From positions 39,370-103,369 of the forward strand of contig CAWBCV010000022.1 of NCBI GenBank assembly GCA_963787425.1: 64,000 nucleotides of DNA. Reading direction: 5' to 3'. The translations under genes and the position numbers were made by a program. Under the pieces are notes generated by a model. It did no database searches. It was given only the letters and a program-made list of their open reading frames with translations, and was not told the origin of the DNA. Of this stretch, positions 1 to 8,716 are shown piece by piece. The stretch is from an uncultured Alphaproteobacteria bacterium (GTDB lineage Bacteria > Pseudomonadota > Alphaproteobacteria > ATCC43930 > CGMCC-115725). Each line of letters begins with the position of its first letter. Positions within the stretch are counted from its first letter, which is position 1.

Positions 1-770
1 AGCCCGGCGCCGGCTCGGATGTCGTCTCGATGCGCCTGCGCGCCGACAAAAGGGGCAACCACTACGTCCTGAATGGCACCAAACTATGGATCACCAATGG
101 CCATTACGCCAACACCTTGGTGGTTTATGCCAAGACTCGCCCCGACGCCGGACCGCGCGGCATCACCGCCTTTCTGATCGAAAAGGGATTCAAAGGATTC
201 CGGCCGGCGCAGAAACTCGACAAATTGGGCATGCGCGGCTCGCCCACTTCGGAACTGGTCTTCGAGGATTGCGAAGTACCGGCCGAGAACGTGTTCGGCA
301 CGGTCGACGAAGGCGTGCAGGTGCTGATGAGCGGGCTCGATTACGAGCGCGTCGTGTTGGCCGCGGGTCCGCTCGGCATCATGCAGGCCTGCCTCGACGT
401 CGTGATCCCCTACATTCACGACCGCAGGCAATTCGGCCAGGCGATCGGCGAATTTCAGCTGATCCAGGGCAAGATCGCCGATATGTACACGACGATGAAC
501 GCCTGCAAATCCTACGTCTACGCGGTGGCCAGAGCCTGCGACCGGGGGCAGACGACGCGCAAGGATGCGGCGGGCGCCATCCTCTACGCCGCCGAGAAAG
601 CGACGGCGCTCGCGCTCGACGCGGTGCAGATCCTCGGCGGCAACGGCTATATCAACGACTATCCGACAGGCAGGCTGCTGCGCGACGCCAAGCTCTATGA
701 GATCGGCGCCGGCACCTCGGAGATCCGCCGCATGCTGATCGGCCGCGAAATCTTCGCCGAGACCGCGTGA
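1..770 (+). CDS. ivd: isovaleryl-CoA dehydrogenase, 5' end cut by the window edge
   Basis: The frame is open from base 3 ([14 protein letters not shown]...). The C-terminus [39 protein letters not shown] is typical of IVD-type acyl-CoA dehydrogenases. Stop TGA at 768-770. Confidence 0.85.
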   Translation, partial: PGAGSDVVSMRLRADKRGNHYVLNGTKLWITNGHYANTLVVYAKTRPDAGPRGITAFLIEKGFKGFRPAQKLDKLGMRGSPTSELVFEDCEVPAENVFGTVDEGVQVLMSGLDYERVVLAAGPLGIMQACLDVVIPYIHDRRQFGQAIGEFQLIQGKIADMYTTMNACKSYVYAVARACDRGQTTRKDAAGAILYAAEKATALALDAVQILGGNGYINDYPTGRLLRDAKLYEIGAGTSEIRRMLIGREIFAETA

Positions 771-788
771 GATGACCCACTCTCAAGC

Positions 789-859
789 GAGATTGCTTCT
801 TCGCTCCGCTCCTCGCGATGACAGACAGGTGCGTCATTGCGAGCGCAGCGAATCAATTC
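789..859. repeat. REP-like imperfect palindrome (gtcattgcgagcgcagcgaa class)
   Basis: Left arm gagattgcttcttcgctccgctcctcgcgatgac and right arm gtcattgcgagcgcagcgaatcaattc are imperfect reverse complements. It lies between ivd and the RidA gene. Confidence 0.7.
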
Positions 860-875
860 CGATCCCGCCAGTGCT

Positions 876-1265
876 ATGCGCCGGCTGATCTCCTCCGGAT
901 CGCCCTTCGAGGCCGAAACCGGCTACAGCCGTGCCGTCGTCGACGGCGAGTGGATCTTTGTCGCCGGCACGACCGGGTTTGATTATGCGCAGATGACCAT
1001 AGTAGACGATCCTGCGGAGCAGGCGCGCCACGCCTTTCGCAACATCGAAACGGCTCTGACCGAGGCGGGCGCCAGCCTCGCCGATGTCGTGCGGGTGAAA
1101 TATTACGTCCCGGACGCCGCGGATTGGCCTGCGATCGTGCCGGTTCTGGGCGAGGTGTTCGGAGCGATCCGCCCCGCAGCGACGGCCTTGATCTGCGGCC
1201 TAATCGACCCGCGGATGAAAATTGAGATCGAGGTCACCGGTAGACGCGGCAGTGGTTCGCCATGA
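876..1265 (+). CDS. RidA/YjgF family protein
   Basis: The ORF 837..1265 translation (GYSRAVVDGEWIFVAGTTG...AEQARHAFRNIETAL...VVRVKYYV) is RidA-like. I prefer the ATG at 876 because the upstream Met lies inside the REP palindrome. Confidence 0.75.
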   Translation: MRRLISSGSPFEAETGYSRAVVDGEWIFVAGTTGFDYAQMTIVDDPAEQARHAFRNIETALTEAGASLADVVRVKYYVPDAADWPAIVPVLGEVFGAIRPAATALICGLIDPRMKIEIEVTGRRGSGSP

Positions 1266-2398
1266 GGCTGTCAGACGAGCGGCGCATGCTGCGCGATGTC
1301 GCTCGCGACTTTGCCCGGACGCGGCTCGCGCCATTTTCCGCGGAGCGGGATCGCGAGGAGAAGTTTCCGGCCGATGAGGTGGCCGAGCTCGGCAAGCTCG
1401 GCTTTTTGGGCATGCTGGTGCCCGAGGAATATGGCGGGGCGGGCGCCGATCATGTCGGCTACGCTCTGGTCATGGAGGAAATCGCCGCGGGCGAGGGTGC
1501 GGTCGCGACCATTCTGAGCGTGCAGAACTCGGTCGGCTGCATCCCGGTCTTGCAATACGGCTCGGACGAGCAGAAGCGGCGGTTCCTAGTTCCGATGGCG
1601 AAGGGCGAGATGCTCGCCTGCTTCTGTCTGACCGAGCCGCAGGCCGGCTCCGACGCCGCGGCGATCAAGACCAGGGCGCGGCGCCACGGCAACCGCTGGG
1701 TGCTGAGCGGCACCAAGCAGTTCATCTCCTCAGGCAAGCATGCGCAGATCGCGATCGTCTTTGCGGTGACCGACCCCGAACAAGGCAAGAGGGGAATCAG
1801 CGCCTTTCTCGTGCCGACCGACAGCCCCGGTTTTCGGGTGGCCCGGGTCGAGCACAAGCTCGGCCAGCGCGCCTCCGACACCGCGCAGCTCGTCTTCGAG
1901 GACGTCGAGCTGACCCCCGATCTGATGCTGGGCGCGGAAGGCCAAGGCTACAAGATTGCGCTCTCCAACCTGGAAGGCGGCCGCATCGGGATCGCCGCGC
2001 AGTCGGTCGGCATGGCGCGCGCCGCCTATGAGGCCGCCCTTGCCTATGCCCGCGATCGCGAGGCTTTCGGCAAGCCGATCATCGAGCAGCAGGCTGTGGC
2101 CTTCCGCCTCGCCGACATGGCGACTCAGATCGCCGCGGCGCGCGGTCTAGTGCTCGACGCCGCGGAGCGGCGAGACGCCGGCGAGCCCTGCATCAAAGAG
2201 GCGTCGATGGCTAAGCTCTTCGCCTCCGAGATGGCCGAACGGGTCGCCTCGGACGCAATTCAAATCCATGGCGGCTACGGCTATGTCGCCGATTTCCCGG
2301 TCGAACGCATCTACCGCGATGTCCGTGTCTGCCAAATTTACGAGGGCACCAGCGACATCCAGCGCCTCGTCATCGCCCGCGAGATCGCGAAGGACTGA
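1262..2398 (+). CDS. acyl-CoA dehydrogenase (short/branched-chain type)
   Basis: Full-length 378-aa ACAD (CFCLTEPQAGSDAAA, QIHGGYGYVADFPVERIYRDVRVCQIYEGTSDIQRLVIA). ATGA start/stop overlap with the RidA gene. Confidence 0.9.
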   Translation: MRLSDERRMLRDVARDFARTRLAPFSAERDREEKFPADEVAELGKLGFLGMLVPEEYGGAGADHVGYALVMEEIAAGEGAVATILSVQNSVGCIPVLQYGSDEQKRRFLVPMAKGEMLACFCLTEPQAGSDAAAIKTRARRHGNRWVLSGTKQFISSGKHAQIAIVFAVTDPEQGKRGISAFLVPTDSPGFRVARVEHKLGQRASDTAQLVFEDVELTPDLMLGAEGQGYKIALSNLEGGRIGIAAQSVGMARAAYEAALAYARDREAFGKPIIEQQAVAFRLADMATQIAAARGLVLDAAERRDAGEPCIKEASMAKLFASEMAERVASDAIQIHGGYGYVADFPVERIYRDVRVCQIYEGTSDIQRLVIAREIAKD

Positions 2399-2495
2399 GC
2401 GAGGCTGCAACGGCATCCTGCGTGCTTCGAGAGGCGCCCTTCGGGTGCTCCTCAGCATGAGGGGAGACCTCGATGGCATCAAGAAAACCCCTCAA

Positions 2496-4134
2496 CCTGA
2501 GAGCCTGTGAATGTTTAGTCTGCTTGGTGTAGTGGGTTCGGCGACGGCATTTCGCGGGCGGCGCTTGACGATGGCTTGGCCCGCGAGCGGTCTGGCCTTT
2601 CGACTGGTGGATAGAGAGCGAGCGGCGAGCGAGCGAGCAGGTGCCATCGGTCATTGAGTTGATGTCTTTGGTAACCATCTCAAGTCGCAGAGGCCCTGGC
2701 GGCCTGCTGCAGTACGAACGCACGCAGCATGTTGTGGGCGAGCGCGAACCACAGCAGCACGGCGCGGGCCTTCTCTTTGCCGCGCACCGACAGCCGGCTG
2801 AGCCCCATGCGGCGCGCCCAAGCGTTGGGGCACTCGGCCTTTGCGCGTTGCTTGTAGAGCGCCTTGCCCGGCTCGCTGGCCATGCGCTGGCGCCAATCCG
2901 CCACCCGCGGTTTGTCGTCGGCCCGCGGCGCGTAAGGATCGCTGCCATGCTTGCTGTGCACCGGCGGGCACCACAAGGCGATGCCGCTCGCATGCGCCCA
3001 TTCGATGTCGTCGTTCTTGGCGAAGCCGCCATCGACCAGGTAATCGGACGGCGTCGCCCTCGCCGCGCTCAATTGCTCCAATGCCGGGCGCGCCAAGCCG
3101 CGATCCGAGCCGGTGGTGTCGATGTCGACCGCGACGATGACCTGACCCCCTTGGCGCCGACACAATCTGCATGTTGTAGGCCGGCCGAAACCCGCCATCG
3201 GCCAGTTTCATCGCCCGGGCCTCGGCATCGGTGGTCGAGGCGCGCGGCTCCTTCTGCCGGCTGACCTCGGCCTTGTTGGTCTTCTCGCGACGCGTGCGCT
3301 CGGCCTCGAGCTCGCTCATCCGGTCGAGCGCCGCCTGCACCCGCTCCTCGCGCTCGCGCGCGGCGCGCTGTTGCGCCGCCTGCTGGCGCCGATCGCCCGC
3401 CGCCGGATCGGCTTCCAGCTCGGCGCGCAACCGCTCAACCCGCGCCTCGGCCGCCGCCGCCAGCTTGCCCAACCGCTCGCGCCGGCGGAACGAGCCGGCC
3501 CCCGCCGCCGCGCGTACCCTGATCCCGTCCTGCGCCAGCACATCGAGCGCCACAAGACCTTGCGCCACCAGCGTCGCCACCCCGCCGGCTAGCAACCGGT
3601 CGAGCACCACGGCATGCGCCACGCGAAAATCCGACAGTGTGTGGTAGTTCATCGACACCCCGCCGCACAGCCAGCGATAGGCGAGATGCTGCTCGCACAG
3701 CCGCGCCAGCTGCCGCGCGCTGCCGACCCCCTCCACCGTCGCCCACAGCCACAGCGCCATCATCAGCTCGGGCGCCGGCGGCGCCTGCCCCGGCACCCCC
3801 TCGCGCGCCTTCACCGCATCGTGCAAGGCGCGCAAATCGAGCCCCTGGACAAACGCCCACACCGCCCGCACCGGGTGATCGCGCGCCACCAAGTCGTCGA
3901 TTGTCGCGGCATACCAGCCCAGCTGGTGCCGTTCCGGCTGCCGCAACCGCGGCATTCCCCGACCCGGCACCTCCGGCACCAGCTGCTCCGGCAAATCCCC
4001 AAACAGTTCGCTATTGCCCGACACAGACCGGCTCCCCCTCAGACCAGTCGTCCCCGCCACGCAATAGCACCACCACAACTTGTTGCAACCCCTCAATCCT
4101 GCAAAAATGCGCGAAACATTCACAGGCTCTGAGG
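2496..4134 (-). mobile_element. IS1182-family (IS5-like) insertion sequence
   Basis: Terminal inverted repeats cctgagagcctgtgaatgttt (2496..2516) and aaacattcacaggctctgagg (4114..4134) match at 20 of 21 positions. They enclose an IS1182-type DDE transposase gene. Confidence 0.8.
2680..4024 (-). pseudogene. IS1182-family transposase, one frameshift
   Basis: GTG start at 4024 (VSGNSELFGDLPEQLVPE...HPVRAVWAFVQGLDL...YRWLCGGVSMNYHTLSDFR...GGFRPAYNMQIVSAP). The reading then continues in another frame (GGQVIVAVDIDTTGSD...YLVDGGFAKNDDI..., track ORF 2680..3198). The switch lies at the C5/G5 run 3146..3150. Confidence 0.8.
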
Positions 4135-4214
4135 AGACCGCCCACGGGTCCGCGCTTCGCGCGGCCAGGCTCTGCGGTCGTCTCGAAGGACGCACCCCGT
4201 CGCCCAGCGATCGG

Positions 4215-5180
4215 TCAACTGGGCTCGTCTTCCGCCAGCACTTCGGCGAATAGGGCGCGGTCGATGTTGCCGCCGGATTGGATGACGGCGACCCGCTTGC
4301 CGGCGAGGCGGCCGCGCTCCTGCAATGCCGCGGCGAGGGCCGCGGCGCCGGCGCCCTCGGCGGTGTTGTGCGTGTCGCTGAACAGGATGCGCATCGCACG
4401 GCGCATCCCCGCTTCGGAGACGGCGACAATCCGCGCAGCGCCGCGGCGGATGACGTCGAGCGCCTCCGGGTTCGGCACCCGCACGGCGAGCCCGCCGGCC
4501 ATCGTGTCGGCTGAGTTGGTGCTGACCGGTGCACCAGCGGCGAAGGACAGCGCGTAGGTCGGGGCATTGGCGGCGACGACCCCGACGATCTCGGTGCGAA
4601 GCCCCAGCGCATCACGCGCCGCGATCACCCCCGAGATGCCGCTGCCGAGCCCAATGGGGACATAGACCACATCGAGATCGGGAACCGCGCGGAACAGTTC
4701 GAGCGCGTAGCTGGCGACACCGCGCACCAGCAGCGGATCATAGGAGTGGACGAAATGCCGGTTTTCGCACTCGGCCATTTCGGTCGCGTGCTCGAACGCG
4801 GCCTGGAAATCGTGCCCGGCCTCGACGAGCCGCGCACCGAAGCCTGCCATCGCCCGGTTCTTCTCGATGCTGTTGCCGTGGGGCACGACGATCGTCGCAT
4901 CGAGTCCCAATCGCGCGGCGGCGAGCGCGATGCTCTGACCGTGATTACCCGTGGTCGCGGTCACGACCCCCCGAATATCCGGCTGCGACCGCCTGACCGC
5001 GTCGAGGTAGACGAGGCCGCCGCGGATCTTGAAGGAGCCGATCGGCGTGTGGTTCTCGTGCTTGACCCATAATTCGGCGCCGAGCCGCCTGGACAGCAAT
5101 GGCCAGCAATATTGCGGGGTCGGCGGCACCATCCGATGAACGAGCGAGGCGGCGGCCTCCAAGCTGTCGAGGTCGATCAC
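4215..5180 (-). CDS. PLP-dependent threonine/serine dehydratase (short IlvA/TdcB-like form)
   Basis: VIDLDSLEAAASLVHRMVPPTP...HENHTPIGSFKIRGG...TATTGNHGQSIA. GTG start at 5180 overlaps the TGA of the upstream gene (GTGA). The 508-aa track ORF is an artefactual N-terminal extension. Confidence 0.85.
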   Translation of the reverse strand: MIDLDSLEAAASLVHRMVPPTPQYCWPLLSRRLGAELWVKHENHTPIGSFKIRGGLVYLDAVRRSQPDIRGVVTATTGNHGQSIALAAARLGLDATIVVPHGNSIEKNRAMAGFGARLVEAGHDFQAAFEHATEMAECENRHFVHSYDPLLVRGVASYALELFRAVPDLDVVYVPIGLGSGISGVIAARDALGLRTEIVGVVAANAPTYALSFAAGAPVSTNSADTMAGGLAVRVPNPEALDVIRRGAARIVAVSEAGMRRAMRILFSDTHNTAEGAGAAALAAALQERGRLAGKRVAVIQSGGNIDRALFAEVLAEDEPS

Positions 5181-6604
5181 CGCTTCTTCGCCTCGGACCC
5201 GGTGCTCTCGGCAGGTCCGCCGGCGTGCTCGGCGGGCGGGCCCTTGTAGGAGATCCGCCAGATCGTGCCGCCGGTGTCGTCGGCGACGAGCAAGGAGCCG
5301 TCCTTGGCCACCGCGAGCGCCGCGGGGCGGCCCCAGACCTCGGCGCGCTCTTCGCCGGAAGCCCAGAAGCCGGTCGCGAAATTCTCGTAATAGCCTTCCG
5401 GCCGACCGTCCTTGAACGGCACCCGGACGACCTTGTATCCGGTCGGCACCGAGCGGTTCCACGAGCCCTTCAGCGCGACGAACAAGCTGCCCTTGTATTC
5501 TGACGGAAACTGATCGGCCTCGTAAAACACGAGGTCGAGCAGTGAGGAATGGGCCTGGAATAAGAGATCGGGCGTGATCGTCGCTTCGACTTTGTCGGGC
5601 GCGAGTTGCGCAAATCCCGGTTGCGGGTGCTTGCCGATATAGGCGTAAGGCCAGCCGTAGAACCCACCCTGCTGCACGCGGATCAGATAATCTGAGGGCA
5701 GATTGTCGCCGAGCCCGTCGCGCTCCTGCACCACGGCCCACAACTCGCCGGTCTGCGGTTGAAAGGCAAGCGCTGTCGGGTTGCGCGTGCCCGAGGCAAC
5801 GGTCGTCTGGTTGGAGCCGTCGGGATCGAAGCGCTGGATCGTCGCCTTGGGCTCGGGCTCGACACCGAGATTGCCCGACGATCCGACACCGACATAGAGC
5901 CCGCCGGTCTTCGGATCGATCGCCAGATGCCGGTTCTGGTGGCCGACCGGAATACCGAAGACGCCTTTCTTCGTCAGCAACTCCGCGCCATAGGCGCCCG
6001 GCACCGGCTTGCGCTGGTCGGGCGGCACGTCCTCAGCCTTCTGCGGCGGCACTGGGCGGCCCGCGCGCAGTGCGCCGACGACGTGCGGCACGCGCCAGAT
6101 GGCGTCCTGGTCGGCGATGAGGATCTCGTCGCCCCGCAGCGCGAGGCCGTAGGGCCGGTTGAGGTCCTCGACATGCCGGTCGATCCACTTGGCGCGGCCC
6201 TCGCCGTCGTCGCGCAGCAAGGTGAGGTATCCAGCGCTCTGCTCAGCGACCAATACGTCGCCATTGGGCAGCACCAGGAGGCGCCGCGGATTGACGAGGC
6301 CGGTCGCGAATGGCGTCGCGACGAACCCCGGGGGCACCTCCAGCGCTTGCCCGTTATAAGGCACGACCAAGGAACGGTTGGTGACGATCGCACCGGTCTT
6401 AGGCGCCGGCAAGTCATTGGGGTCGATGTGGAAGCGTCGTCCGATCTCGTGCTCGGCCTGGAAATTCTGCGCCAGCTCTTCCTTCGTAACAGAGCCTTGT
6501 CCCGGCGCCGGCGACTGTTGCTGTGCGGAGGCCGACGACAGCGCCAAGACGGCTGCAGCGCTTGCCGCCAGGGCAATCAATGAGATGCCGGATTTCATTG
6601 CCAT
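5177..6604 (-). CDS. secreted PQQ-dependent sugar dehydrogenase (sorbosone dehydrogenase family beta-propeller)
   Basis: Signal peptide MAMKSGISLIALAASAAAVLALSSASAQ, plus GFYGWPYAYIG and other motifs of soluble glucose/sorbosone dehydrogenases. The ATG at 6604 is preceded by GGAGAGGG. Confidence 0.8.
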   Translation of the reverse strand: MAMKSGISLIALAASAAAVLALSSASAQQQSPAPGQGSVTKEELAQNFQAEHEIGRRFHIDPNDLPAPKTGAIVTNRSLVVPYNGQALEVPPGFVATPFATGLVNPRRLLVLPNGDVLVAEQSAGYLTLLRDDGEGRAKWIDRHVEDLNRPYGLALRGDEILIADQDAIWRVPHVVGALRAGRPVPPQKAEDVPPDQRKPVPGAYGAELLTKKGVFGIPVGHQNRHLAIDPKTGGLYVGVGSSGNLGVEPEPKATIQRFDPDGSNQTTVASGTRNPTALAFQPQTGELWAVVQERDGLGDNLPSDYLIRVQQGGFYGWPYAYIGKHPQPGFAQLAPDKVEATITPDLLFQAHSSLLDLVFYEADQFPSEYKGSLFVALKGSWNRSVPTGYKVVRVPFKDGRPEGYYENFATGFWASGEERAEVWGRPAALAVAKDGSLLVADDTGGTIWRISYKGPPAEHAGGPAESTGSEAKKR

Positions 6605-6771
6605 GTCCCTCTCCAACAGAGTTCCGGGCAGAACTCCTAACGTACCAGCAATCGAGCCGCTGGCGAAGTTCCGACGGGCCGACTACTCAAACCTGACGGC
6701 GGCCGCCCTCAAAACCGCGAGGGCCGACCTTTTCCTTGGTGTACAGACATAGAACCGCGGTCGCTGATATC

Positions 6772-6786
6772 GCTGTTAAATACAGC
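6772..6786. promoter_or_regulatory. 15-bp perfect palindrome GCTGT-N5-ACAGC (copy 1)
   Basis: gctgttaaatacagc is read directly. A second copy, gctgtaaataacagc, lies at 6893..6907. Both are upstream of the PQQ sugar dehydrogenase start. Confidence 0.25.
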
Positions 6787-6892
6787 AAAATAACAGCCGG
6801 GGGACCGCGCCACCACCGCGGAGATCCTCGCTTTCCGGCTACGCCAAAGGCGGTAAAACAACGAAACCGGTCGCTTATTCTGGCTGCTCTCA

Positions 6893-6907
6893 GCTGTAAA
6901 TAACAGC
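6893..6907. promoter_or_regulatory. 15-bp perfect palindrome GCTGT-N5-ACAGC (copy 2)
   Basis: gctgtaaataacagc. It shares aaataacagc with the sequence that follows copy 1. Confidence 0.25.
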
Positions 6908-7035
6908 AAAGGGCGCTGCGGTATCGGCCCAAGGTCGCTCTTTTACCCGACACGAGAAAAGAAATTTTTCCACCTAGTGCTCAGACTTATTCGGATGATT
7001 TGGTCCTGTTCATCGGTCATGCGCGGCCTCATGCC

Positions 7036-7075
7036 ACGGCTATCCGGTTTAGAGTACGGCTATCCGGTTTAGAGT
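7036..7075. repeat. perfect tandem duplication, 2 x 20 bp (acggctatccggtttagagt)
   Basis: Read directly: 7036..7055 is identical to 7056..7075. Confidence 0.95.
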
Positions 7076-7118
7076 AATGGGTTGCGGCACCGCCGATTGT
7101 CTCTGTCAAAAGTCGTCA

Positions 7119-7208
7119 TCACCGGGCTTGACCCGGTGATTGAGCCTGCTGGCACGCCGATCCAGTGAGGTGGCGAAGGCGTGGGATGGCCGGATCAAGT
7201 CCGGCCAT
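7119..7208. repeat. REP-type hairpin pair
   Basis: Hairpins tcaccgggcttgacccggtga (7119..7139) and atggccggatcaagtccggccat (7186..7208). The same hairpin class recurs at 37354..37370 and 38599..38616. Confidence 0.7.
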
Positions 7209-7630
7209 GACCGAGTGGGTGAATCGTGTCTGCATCCGAGCATAGTAAGCCGCTTAGTTGTTCTTGATGCTCGATAGCATGCCATTATGGCAATTTTAGG
7301 GTTATGGATGTTTTCGCCGCTGCCTGGAACGTCGACCCCTTTCATGCTTTGGTCCGAATAACGTCCGCGAATACCACGATCTGCATACCCGTTTTGCCGA
7401 AGAGGACTGAAACGGGCGGCTAGACTTGAACCAGGCAGCGGGGTTTGTGCCGGCCAGTAGCGGATTTCGGCGCTTTTGTCCACGCAACCCGCGCCCACTC
7501 GCGCATCGCGCAAAACCGGTTGAACGCAACCAAAGCAGGCGCGACAGTGTTCCGCTACGCTGACGATGCCGAGTTACAGGGGAAAGAGCATCCAGAGGGG
7601 GGCTCGGGCCGTACCCGGCCCGACTTGCCA

Positions 7631-8716
7631 ATGAGCACGCTCGCGTGCCTGTTGCTCGGCGCCGCGATGGCCGGGCTCTACCATCTGCTTCCACGCGCGC
7701 CCCCGGGTCGCCCGTTCCGCGCCCCGCTGCTCGCCCTCGGCGGTTTCATCCTGGCCCAGGGCGGCTTGTCCGCCGCAATCGCGGGGCTCGGGCTGGTCCC
7801 TAAGGGCCCTTTCCACGACCTGCTGCAGCAACTGACCGATTACGACGGCGAGCGACCGGTCGTTCTTCTCATCGGGTCGAGCTTTAGCGAAGCGGGGATC
7901 GACCCGAACATGCTCGCCGAAGCGCTCGGCAGCTCCGGACGCGCCGCCGCGGTGCAGCGCCTCGCGGTCGGCGGCGCGCCGCATCTCGAGCGGCTGCATT
8001 ACCTCAAGGAGTACTTGGCCGGCGCCAAGCGAAGGCCACAACTCGTGCTGTTCGAAATCGCCGGTGGCTACGACAGCGGCCCGTTGTACCAGGTTCACCA
8101 AATGCGCTTCAGCGATCGCATGGTCGCGATGATGGACGGGTCGAGCGCGTGGTGGGCATTACGCTGGTTGGCGGCCGCCGATGGCCTCAGCCTGTTTCAG
8201 CGCTTTACGCTGGGGAGCGAAATCCTCGGCCAGTTGGCCCTTCACGTCAGCCACATCGGGTTTTTGTGGAACAGCTCACCGGTCCGCGAGACCGTTACCC
8301 CCTATGACAGCGGCGGGTCGCCGCCGGCGACGCGGTTCAGCGACGACGATGCCGCCGAGCTGCTCGAGCAAGCGGCCGCCGCGCGGGATCTGAAACCAGA
8401 CTGGCCGGCGGACGTGCCGACGCGGTGGACGAGCGCCTTCCTAGCGGAAGAGATCGCGATATTGCAGCGCCACGGCGTCGGACGGTTTGCCTTTTACTCG
8501 GTCCCAAGTATGCAGGGCGCTAACGTCGCCTATGCCCGCCGCTTCTGCGCCGCGATAACCAAGTTTGCCTGCATCATCGGCGAGGATCCCAATCTTCTTG
8601 CCGACCTGCGGCACGGCGCCGACTGGTACGATTTCGACCACCTGCAAGGCGCCGCACGCGAGGTCTTCACGAGGTGGCTGGGCGACCGCCTTGTCGAAAT
8701 GGGCGTGTGGCCATGA
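7631..8716 (+). CDS. hypothetical membrane-anchored protein, translationally coupled to the MBOAT gene
   Basis: ATG at 7631 followed by hydrophobic segments (MSTLACLLLGAAMAGLYHLL...LLALGGFILAQGGLSAAIAGLGLV). The stop overlaps the MBOAT start (ATGA at 8713..8716). I recognise no domain by eye. Confidence 0.6.
   Translation: MSTLACLLLGAAMAGLYHLLPRAPPGRPFRAPLLALGGFILAQGGLSAAIAGLGLVPKGPFHDLLQQLTDYDGERPVVLLIGSSFSEAGIDPNMLAEALGSSGRAAAVQRLAVGGAPHLERLHYLKEYLAGAKRRPQLVLFEIAGGYDSGPLYQVHQMRFSDRMVAMMDGSSAWWALRWLAAADGLSLFQRFTLGSEILGQLALHVSHIGFLWNSSPVRETVTPYDSGGSPPATRFSDDDAAELLEQAAAARDLKPDWPADVPTRWTSAFLAEEIAILQRHGVGRFAFYSVPSMQGANVAYARRFCAAITKFACIIGEDPNLLADLRHGADWYDFDHLQGAAREVFTRWLGDRLVEMGVWP

Noticed and set aside
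2488-4101. Direct repeat cccctcaacctg (2488..2499) and cccctcaatcctg (4089..4101) as a target-site duplication of the IS
   Set aside because: The second copy lies 13 nt inside the right inverted repeat rather than flanking it, so it cannot be a target duplication of the element as delimited. It is probably chance or part of the IS end structure.
3637-4557. Long antisense or alternative-frame ORFs. Examples are 3637..4557, 5759..6583, 10793..11728, 16781..17551, 33588..34577, 36000..37130, 48588..49949, 54931..56406 and 60460..61818.
   Set aside because: All of them lie opposite or overlapping genes with clear family signatures, and their translations are Arg/Ala/Pro/Gly-rich with no recognisable motifs. 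These are typical shadow ORFs of high-GC DNA.
2651-4615. 654-aa minus-strand ORF that looks like one very large gene
   Set aside because: Only the middle part (from GTG 4024 to about 3150) is transposase-like. The N-terminal 197 codons are Arg/Ala/Pro-rich high-GC read-through that overlaps the real threonine dehydratase gene in another frame, and the C-terminal part is out of frame with the DDE domain.
4215-5741. Over-long versions of real genes: 508 aa (4215..5741), 554 aa (45872..47536), 269 aa (58790..59599), 517 aa (60541..62094) and 423 aa (7445..8716)
   Set aside because: In each case family similarity begins at an internal start codon that has a ribosome-binding site or start/stop overlap with the upstream gene. 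The extension overlaps a neighbouring gene or a repeat.
7036-7075. Tandem repeats at 7036..7075 and 43049..43093 as possible CRISPR arrays
   Set aside because: Each has only two units, with no spacers of CRISPR length and no cas genes in the window.
7284-7300. attatggcaat repeats as sigma-54 promoters (they contain TGGCA)
   Set aside because: At 7284, 37599 and 63011 no GC dinucleotide lies at the required 10-nt distance from the GG. They behave as part of a dispersed repeat instead.
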